Below are positions 20,081-28,006 of a DNA stretch of 64,000 bases, piece by piece. The notes beneath the pieces were generated by a model. That model did no database searches. It saw only the letters and a list, made by a program, of their open reading frames with translations, and was not told the origin of the DNA. Numbering within the stretch: the stretch's first letter is position 1; every line of letters starts with the position of its first letter. This DNA comes from an uncultured Verrucomicrobiae bacterium (lineage in GTDB: Bacteria; Verrucomicrobiota; Verrucomicrobiia; Chthoniobacterales; JAFAMB01): contig CAWIPH010000002.1 of NCBI GenBank assembly GCA_963837955.1, positions 4,352,001-4,416,000 of the forward strand, in the 5' to 3' direction. The translations under genes were made by a program, and so were the position numbers.

Positions 20081-21100
20081 ATGGACAAGCAGGTCCCCCC
20101 CAAGGCCAAAAAGAGCCGAGCAAAAAGAATCGGTAAAGCCAGGCGACCAATGTTTCTCGACGAAACGGACGCATTAATCAAAGCCACTTGGCTCTACCAT
20201 CACCGCAACCTCACTCAGGAACAGATCGCTCAACAACTGGGCTTTTCCCGAACAACCATCGTTCGCTTGCTCCGGCAGGCCGCTGAGAAAGGATTCGTCA
20301 CTGTCTCAATGCGCACCGACGCCTTGAGTCGGGTGGAACTTTCGATGCAACTGGTCGAACGATTCGGACTTCGAGAGGCATTCATTGTGCCAACGGCAAA
20401 AGATGACACGGAAGTAGACAGCCGGCGCGCAATCGGAAAAGCCGGCGCACTATATCTCGAAGCAAACCTCAGACCGGGTCAGGTCTTTGCCGTGACCTGG
20501 GGACGTACGATGCTCGAAGTTGCTCTGGCCCTCCGCGATCATCCAATCCGTGGATTGACAGTTGCCCAAACCCTTGGAGGCTTAAACAGCGCGGGATCGT
20601 TCAGTCCATCACGCGTCACCTCTCTGTTTGCCGAGAAACTGCACGCGCGGACTTATCACCTCTACGTGCCAGCGATCGTGGGAACGAAGGAGCTGCGTAA
20701 CGTGCTGATCGCCGATCCGGGGGTTCGACTCGCCTTGGATATGGCCCGCAAGGCTTCCTGCCTGATGGTTGGTATCGGAAAGCCGGAAATTGGCGCTGCT
20801 GTCGTCGAAACCGGTTTTCTTGATAGCTCTAACCTTCGAAAATTATTAGCCCAAGGCGCGGTCGGGGACATCACCGCCCGATATTTCGACATCAACGGAA
20901 AGCGGGTCTTAGGCGAGGTAGACGACAGGGCCATCGGCCTGCTTTGGGAAGATATCGAAAGCCTGGAGAATGTGGTGGGCGTGGCCTGTGGAGCGAACAA
21001 GACCAAAGCAATCCTTGGCGCGCTTCGGACCGGACTATTGGACGTGCTTATTACAGACGATCGGACGGCAGCTGCTGTGTTGAAGGCTGCATCGAAATAA
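20081..21100 (+). CDS. SorC/DeoR-like sugar-binding transcriptional regulator
   Basis: LTQEQIAQQLGFSRTTIVRLL HTH; WGRT, GAVGDI, AILGALR and LITD motifs. Confidence 0.93.
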   Translation: MDKQVPPKAKKSRAKRIGKARRPMFLDETDALIKATWLYHHRNLTQEQIAQQLGFSRTTIVRLLRQAAEKGFVTVSMRTDALSRVELSMQLVERFGLREAFIVPTAKDDTEVDSRRAIGKAGALYLEANLRPGQVFAVTWGRTMLEVALALRDHPIRGLTVAQTLGGLNSAGSFSPSRVTSLFAEKLHARTYHLYVPAIVGTKELRNVLIADPGVRLALDMARKASCLMVGIGKPEIGAAVVETGFLDSSNLRKLLAQGAVGDITARYFDINGKRVLGEVDDRAIGLLWEDIESLENVVGVACGANKTKAILGALRTGLLDVLITDDRTAAAVLKAASK

Positions 21101-21189
21101 TCCGGCGTCGTCGTTCGCGTTGGTAAAGCTCCCGCGCCGCGCATACCCGTCGATACGGAGCCGAAACGGAAGACTCAGACGAGATATGA

Positions 21190-21333
21190 GGTCGATGCCT
21201 GGTTCTCTGCCCCGGAGCCGGGGAGGGCGCGCAGCCTGTCCGACATAGCCTTTTGGATGCCTGCTGCAGAATGCTTGAGCGCGGCGTCGGATCCTCGTGC
21301 GCCGCGGATCGCGGGGACGCGATCCCTCCCCGC
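21190..21333 (-). repeat. About 140-bp REP/MITE-like element, copy 1
   Basis: Reverse complement closely matches 38310-38450; core bounded by GGGAGGG...CCCTCCC with an internal GGATCGCG/CGCGATCC hairpin. Confidence 0.88.
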
Positions 21334-21410
21334 CCGGGATTTTAACCCCGGAATCGCGAAGCACGGCGCACCAAACCTGCATGCCAAGCCCATGCCCCCT
21401 GTTTCCTGTT

Positions 21411-22397
21411 TTAAATACTGGGTGGAGGAATCGCTCCTAGGACACCGACCAGACCGAACACAACGAATGTTAACGCGCTCTCGAGACAGATGTTCCGGAA
21501 AAGTCGCTTTGCTTTAGTACGATCACTTGCGGGCTGGTTCCGGTCCCTATGCCGCTGAGCCTTCAGCAACCAGCGGTTCTGGGCGCCTAAACCGATCATT
21601 ATGAGAAAGAGGATAATCTTCGCGGCAAGGATTTGGCCGTAACTCGTTGTGTACAAATCGCTGAGTCTTTTCACCATAAAGACGCTGTTCAGTACCCCGC
21701 TCGCACCGAGTAGCGCAATCGCCGCCAGGCTGATCGCGGAGAACCGTTCCAATACTGCATTGATGACCGGGAGTATCTCGCATCCTCGCGCACGCGCAGT
21801 AACAAACAACCAAACGGCCAGGGGAAGAAGGCTACCGGGCCAGATCCCGGAGATGACCAGATGCGCTACATCGGTCAATAGATGGATCGGGGCAAAGGAA
21901 CCAATCGCGGCACCGGCATGACCGGCCCATGCCAATGACCCGAGGTTGAGGCCAGCCAATCCGATCCAAAGCGTCTGCGTAACATGTGTCTTTCTCAGGC
22001 CACCGAGCAACAAACCGACCGCGAGAGTTAGACTGAGAACGCTTCGCCAAAGCCAGAGATGGCCGAATTGGGTAACACCGAGGACCTCGCGCACACTGGC
22101 GAAGTTCAACCCGGAGCCCGTAATCGAGGCGACGATAGTCAATAACCAAAGCGCTCCGGATACAGAACCCACTGACCAGCAAATCCAGGTCAGCGCGCCG
22201 AAATATTTTCGGCTCTCCGTCACCAAACGGTTTTCTAGAGAGTGCCCCCGTAAAACCGGAGTTACGTAGAAGTGCTCAAAAGCGAGCAAACTTACTAAAA
22301 GCGAGGACGAGAAAATGTGCGCCCAGCGCTCCAATACGAGAGGTACCATAAGAACCGGCTCGCGACTCCAGCCGGTAAGGCTGAAGCTGCGAATCAT
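21411..22397 (-). CDS. copD: Copper resistance/uptake inner-membrane protein CopD
   Basis: TQFGHLW, LAWAGHA, HLVISGIWPGSL, RFS and YGQILAAK motifs. Confidence 0.88.
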   Translation of the reverse strand: MIRSFSLTGWSREPVLMVPLVLERWAHIFSSSLLVSLLAFEHFYVTPVLRGHSLENRLVTESRKYFGALTWICWSVGSVSGALWLLTIVASITGSGLNFASVREVLGVTQFGHLWLWRSVLSLTLAVGLLLGGLRKTHVTQTLWIGLAGLNLGSLAWAGHAGAAIGSFAPIHLLTDVAHLVISGIWPGSLLPLAVWLFVTARARGCEILPVINAVLERFSAISLAAIALLGASGVLNSVFMVKRLSDLYTTSYGQILAAKIILFLIMIGLGAQNRWLLKAQRHRDRNQPASDRTKAKRLFRNICLESALTFVVFGLVGVLGAIPPPSI

Positions 22398-22760
22398 CTA
22401 GGGGGATATCTCGAATTCGAAGCTGCCGCTTGTAGTATGGCTGTCCACGGATACGACCTGCCACATTGCCTTATACTTGCCGGGCGCAAGAATCGGTACG
22501 GAAACAATCAGCAGCTGTCTATTTTGTGGATCGGGTTTCGCATCTCGATTATCAACCTCGATTCCTTTGCTATCGAAAACCTGAATCTTGCTGAAAGCAG
22601 GCTCCAGCGCCTCGGTAAACCAGATCTTCACGACGCTCGGCGACGAAGGTAATTTGCTACCCACCGCCGGTTCCGCGTGGTCAACAAACGCGTGCGCCCA
22701 AACCGACGGAGCAATTCCAATAAGTAACATTACTATCAATACCCTTAATGTCGTTTTCAT
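22398..22760 (-). CDS. copC: Periplasmic copper-binding protein CopC
   Basis: Signal peptide ending WA followed by an N-terminal His (HAFVDHAEPA); W.VVSVDSH Cu(II) site. Confidence 0.92.
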   Translation of the reverse strand: MKTTLRVLIVMLLIGIAPSVWAHAFVDHAEPAVGSKLPSSPSVVKIWFTEALEPAFSKIQVFDSKGIEVDNRDAKPDPQNRQLLIVSVPILAPGKYKAMWQVVSVDSHTTSGSFEFEISP

Positions 22761-22763
22761 CGG

Positions 22764-23735
22764 TTACGGATTGATCAGCGGCTTGCTGAAAACCTTCGGT
22801 AAAATGTCGTCCAGATAGAAGTGAAGTTGCCCGACAAATCCGACGTTGTTACCGGTATGGGAATTAATCGGAATAATGGCTTCGATGCCGAGCTGACAAT
22901 ATTGCCCCGACCAAATGATACCAGGATTCACCGTTCCAGTGGTCGGACCGGTCAACCGGTTGAGAGGTGTTTGCATAGCAAACTCAACCAACGGGATGAG
23001 GCGGTTAAACGGCGCCCGCAGACCTATGTCTTTCACGTGCCCCTCCAAGTAGATTAAACTGTACTCCAGTGCGACCCCCCACCCAAGCCTGTTAGATACC
23101 TGCTGTGCGCCACTGCCTTGACCGACACTTGAGCGCGTCGGAAAAGAGACCCCGATCTGGCCAGTCACGGCGAAAGGCCGAAGCGCCGACACGGAGTCCG
23201 GTAGGTCGCCCAGACCTTTGCCGAAAAATAGACCGGGCGTAATTGTGCTGAACCGGTCGGTGCCAATAGATGTGCGTCCGGTGCCGCCAATTTCAGCATT
23301 GACGCCGACTGACACGATCGCTTCGTGTTCAGCATTGACGAGAAACTGGTATTTACCGCCGACTTCGACGTTGTCGAACCCTGTTCGGAGGCGCGTATTC
23401 GGCGACTTCTGAAACATGTACCCATCTTTAGCCTCAATCCCAAAATTCGGAGTGAGCTTGAGAGCCACATCTGCCGACAGGTCAAACGTTTTTGTCGGCG
23501 GAGCGCCAGGCTGCCGAATTGCCTGAAAAGTTGGAAGCGATAACTCGTTGGCAACGAAAGGATCATCGGTCGAGATCGTCGCAGGAAAAAAACGATCGCC
23601 GGCGAAACCATGGGCGCTTGCCCGATGTGGCATCGTGGCGAGCGATAGCATCCCGAGAGGGACACAAAACCTTGCCAGAAAAGAGAATTTGAAATTCAAC
23701 ATAAAAATTGGTGTTGGAACGGCCAATGACCGCAC
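22764..23735 (-). CDS. Putative outer-membrane beta-barrel protein of the copCD locus
   Basis: Signal peptide, mature start AHGFAGDRFFPATI, amphipathic beta strands; co-oriented directly upstream of copC. Confidence 0.65.
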   Translation of the reverse strand: MRSLAVPTPIFMLNFKFSFLARFCVPLGMLSLATMPHRASAHGFAGDRFFPATISTDDPFVANELSLPTFQAIRQPGAPPTKTFDLSADVALKLTPNFGIEAKDGYMFQKSPNTRLRTGFDNVEVGGKYQFLVNAEHEAIVSVGVNAEIGGTGRTSIGTDRFSTITPGLFFGKGLGDLPDSVSALRPFAVTGQIGVSFPTRSSVGQGSGAQQVSNRLGWGVALEYSLIYLEGHVKDIGLRAPFNRLIPLVEFAMQTPLNRLTGPTTGTVNPGIIWSGQYCQLGIEAIIPINSHTGNNVGFVGQLHFYLDDILPKVFSKPLINP

Positions 23736-23972
23736 CGTGTTTAAGGAAAAGGGTTGAGAGCTAGTAACCGGAGCGCGTTGTCCAAGGATAGCGCGCGGGC
23801 AGAGGCAGAGTTCAGGTGGCTTACTCGCGGGTTCCGGTAATCGCGAACCAAACTCCGCCCTTCGCTGAGGCTCAGGAAGCTTCCGGCTTCGTCGGCCTAT
23901 AACGATGGTGCGAAGATGGAAGACGCGGAAGCGTCGTCGAATAAACCGTATGGCAACCCGTGCGCCGTCGGC

Positions 23973-24356
23973 TTAATCCGTACCTATCCGCGGAGGCGGA
24001 ATCAGTGGCTCAAGCGTGATACCCAAAAGGCTGCGTTGAAACAGCAGGTACTCCTGCCAGATGAAATCGCGCACCATTTCGAAAAGAAAACTTTGAATGA
24101 TACAATCCTTTTTGAGTTCCAACTGCAACGCGGGCGCCTTCTTCTCTTCCTGTTTACGCCCATCCTGCACCGCACAACAGATCGGACAGGGATGCTTTCC
24201 ATCGAAGGTTTTAGCAATTGCCGCAGGGACATCTCCATCCTTTACGTAGGCAACTATCATTCCCATCCAGGCGCCGGTTTGGAGAATGGCCCAATGCCCG
24301 CCTGCGAGCTGAAAAAACGCCAGGAAGGCAAGAGCTATGGCGAAACGATTGCGCAC
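23973..24356 (-). CDS. DUF2946-like small protein with a CXXC motif and Pro-rich C-terminus
   Basis: N-terminal hydrophobic segment, HPCPICC, C-terminal EPLIPPPR; first ORF of the copper locus. Confidence 0.65.
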   Translation of the reverse strand: MRNRFAIALAFLAFFQLAGGHWAILQTGAWMGMIVAYVKDGDVPAAIAKTFDGKHPCPICCAVQDGRKQEEKKAPALQLELKKDCIIQSFLFEMVRDFIWQEYLLFQRSLLGITLEPLIPPPRIGTD

Positions 24357-24639
24357 AACTGGATAGATCTCCGTCGACCGAGTGAGTCGGGCAAGCGAAA
24401 AATGGAAACGTTCAAAAACTCCGGTTGAACACGCGTACTTGGATCTCTTCCGGAGAGAGACCTCATGCCAACCGGTCCCTCAGAAGAGCAACAATATTCT
24501 GATATCGTCGTTTTTCTGCTCATAAGTGGGGCACATGCTTCCCGGTTTCCTTTGTTCAAATACGCGACGAGTGAAACCGCGTGGCCCGGGACACTTATTG
24601 TTTCGCGAATGCCGTCTTGTGAGATTACGGTCCGCTGAA

Positions 24640-25041
24640 ATGTCGAAGGACGCTTTACCAACAGCCGCTGATTACCAAAGCGAGCCGGTTCGGTATCCAG
24701 CTCTCACGGTAATAGATCTCAACGCAGAAGCTTCAGCAATCAAACAGCAATACAAGAATATCGTACTCAGCCGGGTGAATAACAGCTGCTTACGACTCGC
24801 TGTGATCCAAGGCGAATATCCTTGGCATTACCATCCACGTTCGGACGAACTCTTTCTGGTCGTGGAGGGATGTTTGTTGATTGATCTCGCCGACGGTCGT
24901 GAGCTCCGTCTCGAACCTTGGCAAAGTGTCACTATTCCGGCGAATACCGTTCACCGGACTCATGCCGATGCCCGCACAGTTAATCTCTGTTTTGAGGAAT
25001 TGGCCGCAGAAACGATTTTCCTGGAGACGCCGCCCCGATAA
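24640..25041 (+). CDS. Cupin domain protein
   Basis: WHYHPRSDELFLV and IPANTVHRT cupin motifs; likely start ATG 24640. Confidence 0.88.
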   Translation: MSKDALPTAADYQSEPVRYPALTVIDLNAEASAIKQQYKNIVLSRVNNSCLRLAVIQGEYPWHYHPRSDELFLVVEGCLLIDLADGRELRLEPWQSVTIPANTVHRTHADARTVNLCFEELAAETIFLETPPR

Positions 25042-25043
25042 TT

Positions 25044-25143
25044 TCGTCCTCGTCCTCGAAACCTCAGATCGGTGCATGTGCTATTTTTGGCGAGGATGCC
25101 CGAGTTCTTCCATCTGGTGACCTCGTGACGGAGGACGAGCACG
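25044..25143. repeat. Shorter copy of the TCGTCC-family intergenic element
   Basis: tcgtcctcgtcctcgaaa at 25044-25061 with inverted partner gacggaggacgagcacg at 25127-25143. Confidence 0.6.
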
Positions 25144-25169
25144 CCCGGTAATCGTTTAGCTACATCACT

Positions 25170-26195
25170 ATGAATATTCCGCTCTCCGTCTTGGATTTGT
25201 CTCCGATCTCGTTTGGTCAAGGTGAAGCACGAGCGGTTCGCGACACCGTCGAGCTCGCGCAACTCGCAGAGCAGCTTGGGTACTACCGGTATTGGGTTGC
25301 TGAACACCACAATATTCCGAGCGTCGCCAGTACTGCCCCGGAAATCATGATTGGACAGATCGCCGCGCGGACCTCGCGAATGCGGGTCGGTTCCGGCGGG
25401 ATAATGCTTCCCAACCACGCGCCGCTGCGCGTGGCCGAAACGTTTCATGTCTTGGAAGCACTCTATCCCGGTCGCATCGATCTCGGGATCGGTCGTGCGC
25501 CGGGCACAGATCAGCGAACGGCGCTAGCGCTGCGACGGAGCAAAGACAGGCTGGGAGCAGCCGATTTTCCGGCTCAACTCTCCGAACTTATCGGTCTCAG
25601 CAGTGGACAACTACCGGAGAGCCATCCCTTCGCTGGCATCCAAGTAATTCCAAGCGATGTTCCCCTGCCACCGATTTGGATACTGGGATCGACTGAAGAC
25701 GGTGCGGCCATAGCTGCGGATTTTGGAGTTGGATTCGCGTTCGCTCACCACATCAATCCGAGCGGAGCAGAGTTGGCTCTTGATGTCTATCGATCGAGCT
25801 TTCGAGCGTCGCGCTGGCTTGATCGGCCGCGCACCATTCTGACCGCCCAAGCGATTTGTGGTGAAAGCGACAAAGAAGCAGAGAGCCTTGCATCAACCTT
25901 TGAACTGGCCTGGATCCGCTTGCGGAGTGGAAGGCCGGCGCCGCTATCGCCCCCAGAAGAAGCGTCGATTTACCCATATTCCATCGGAGAACGAGAGATG
26001 TTGAACTATGCGCGGCTTCACTATTTTGCCGGCAGCCCTGCAACCTTGCGAGAAAAGCTGTTGGAACATGTCAATCGGGTAGGAGCTGACGAACTTATGA
26101 TCACGGCGACGATTTACGGGCACGCCCAGCGGATGCATTCCTATGAATTGATCGCGAAGAGTTGGCCCCTGCCGGTAGTCGGAATTAGCGACTAA
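25170..26195 (+). CDS. LLM-class (luciferase-like) flavin-dependent oxidoreductase
   Basis: [26 protein letters not shown] and [12 protein letters not shown] motifs. Confidence 0.93.
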   Translation: MNIPLSVLDLSPISFGQGEARAVRDTVELAQLAEQLGYYRYWVAEHHNIPSVASTAPEIMIGQIAARTSRMRVGSGGIMLPNHAPLRVAETFHVLEALYPGRIDLGIGRAPGTDQRTALALRRSKDRLGAADFPAQLSELIGLSSGQLPESHPFAGIQVIPSDVPLPPIWILGSTEDGAAIAADFGVGFAFAHHINPSGAELALDVYRSSFRASRWLDRPRTILTAQAICGESDKEAESLASTFELAWIRLRSGRPAPLSPPEEASIYPYSIGEREMLNYARLHYFAGSPATLREKLLEHVNRVGADELMITATIYGHAQRMHSYELIAKSWPLPVVGISD

Positions 26196-26360
26196 GCCTA
26201 ACAAAAGGTCACCAGGAATACACCTTGGCGAACCTGCTCTATCGGATGGTCGCCCGGACTGTCGCCCTCTACGTTTATGACAGGTCCAGTCCTCGATTTG
26301 ACGGCAAGTCGTGCGGCGGGCAGCCACACACAACGTCTGGACCTCCGAGGACAAATACAA

Positions 26361-26659
26361 AAGAGATTTTCTAAACAGAAGGAAGCAAAGACTGAAGTTT
26401 TTCTTTCTGGGGAACGCGAGGTCTGTCCACCAAGGTTGTGATGTATTCGTGCGCTTGCCAAAAGCATCTCTACAAAGCGAGACCGCCAAGAGTTTGCCTG
26501 TATCTTTGCTTCCTTTGCTACCTTCTGTTCAAACAATCTCTTCGTGGCGATCTTCGACCGAAGACCAGCGGGAGAAACAACTCGATGGGCGCAGAAAACA
26601 GGAGCCTCAGTCTTTGCTTCCTTTGCTACCTTCTGTTCGAAAATCTCTTTGTGGCGATC
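26361..26659. repeat. Three copies of the AACAGAAGGTAGCAAAGGAAGCAAAGA repeat upstream of the GxxExxY gene
   Basis: Forward copy with internal deletion at 26361-26400; reverse copies at 26503-26552 and 26605-26659. Confidence 0.9.
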
Positions 26660-26761
26660 ACCGATCGTTAAAAAAAAGCTCGACTAAAACATAGATAGAA
26701 CGTTAATATATCGTGTATTGTATTTTGAAAATACCAACCGAGTGAGTAGAGAGAAACGGGC

Positions 26762-27184
26762 ATGGATCCAAAATTTCAAATAGCAAATGCATGGTCCAAG
26801 GTGGTGATTGGTGCGGCGATTGAGGTCCATAGGCTCAAGGGCGCAGGTCTGATTGAGAGTATTTATGAGCGATGCATGCTCCGAGAGTTCGAATTACGGG
26901 AAGTGCCCGTGATCAGCCAGCTCGATGTCGAAATCGAATACAAAGGCCTGATCTTTTCTGAACCCCTAACGCTTGACCTCTATGTTGACGATTGTCTTCT
27001 ACTAGAATTGAAGGCGGTACAAACCGTGCTCCCAATTCATAAAGCACAACTCCTCAGTTACATGAAACTGCTTAATGCACCTCTTGGCCTTCTGATCAAC
27101 TTTCACGAGCCAAGTTTAAGAGATGGAATCTATCGGATGATGCTCCCGGGAAGTAGCGGTGAAGACATTTTACCGAAGGGTTGA
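26762..27184 (+). CDS. GxxExxY protein (PD-(D/E)XK nuclease-like fold)
   Basis: IGAAIEVHRLKGAGLIESIYE (GxxExxY), LDLYVDDCLLLELKAV (D...ExK), AQLLSYMKL and GLLINF motifs. Confidence 0.93.
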   Translation: MDPKFQIANAWSKVVIGAAIEVHRLKGAGLIESIYERCMLREFELREVPVISQLDVEIEYKGLIFSEPLTLDLYVDDCLLLELKAVQTVLPIHKAQLLSYMKLLNAPLGLLINFHEPSLRDGIYRMMLPGSSGEDILPKG

Positions 27185-27228
27185 AGAGATTTTTAAACAG
27201 AAGGTAGCAAAGGAAGCAAAGACTGAGG
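27184..27228. repeat. Fourth repeat copy, starting in the GxxExxY stop codon; inverted relative to 26605-26649
   Basis: aagagatttttaaacagaaggtagcaaaggaagcaaagactgagg matches the reverse complement of 26605-26649 at 43/45. Confidence 0.92.
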
Positions 27229-27251
27229 TTCTTCTTTCCAGAGAGCGGTTG

Positions 27252-27635
27252 TCACGACTGGCGGGTATTGTCGGGGGTTCCAGGTTGCGGATCAATGGGC
27301 CTGATTTCGAGCAAATGGCCACAGTCCAAACACGGGTTGCCTTTGGCGATCTGTACGGCTTCGTCGAGACTCTGAGCGAGAATGAACCAGTAGCCGCCAA
27401 TCGCTTCTTTGGATTCACCGAAAGGGCCGTCTGTTACCACATTGGGCCGGCCGACCGTTTTACCTTCATACGTGAGCCGTTGCCCCGGTTTCATTTTTCC
27501 TTCGTTAATCAATCGATCATACCAGATGTAGAATTGGTCGATTGTGTTCTGGATTTCATCCCTCGAGAGGGTCTCGTCCCATTGTCCCCGGCAAATTACC
27601 AGGTATTCGGCTGTAGGAGACTGCTCGCTCATCAT
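27252..27635 (-). CDS. YciI family protein
   Basis: VTDGPFGESKEAIGGY, SLDEA and LEIRP motifs. Confidence 0.88.
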   Translation of the reverse strand: MMSEQSPTAEYLVICRGQWDETLSRDEIQNTIDQFYIWYDRLINEGKMKPGQRLTYEGKTVGRPNVVTDGPFGESKEAIGGYWFILAQSLDEAVQIAKGNPCLDCGHLLEIRPIDPQPGTPDNTRQS

Positions 27636-28006
27636 TGTCTACCTTCCATCTTAACCTAGCCAATAGCCGGGACTGCGTTCACGTCAATCCTTGACACGCT
27701 GGCTATTTTCCGGATCCCGAAACTAATTTTCGTTCGTTGCCGTTCGGTTCTCAAAAGAACACGAACGGGCTGGGCCGTCCCAGGACACGGGTGTTGTCGT
27801 TTTAATTAATTCGAGACCGGTAAGAGCACGGGTCACGCCCTGATATCGGCCGGCGTCAAGTGAGTTTAGCGTACCGTTCTAGTCACTCGTTGATCGTCCA
27901 CGTCTCGAACTTGTGCGATCGTGGAGAAGGCACATGCACTGGGTCAGTTATGCCAAATGGCGGACAAAATTGTCCGCTTAATCCAAAGTGGTAAGTTTTA
28001 GCGTCT

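Noticed and set aside
23916..24428. 170-aa plus-strand ORF
   Set aside because: It is antisense to the CXXC leader ORF, which has the recognisable motifs and matches the operon orientation.
26361..26659. Repeat cluster as a mini-CRISPR
   Set aside because: Mixed orientations, irregular spacing and no cas genes.
26198..26694. ORFs containing FEQKVAKEAK or LLPLLPSV
   Set aside because: These peptides are translations of the GxxExxY-linked repeat.
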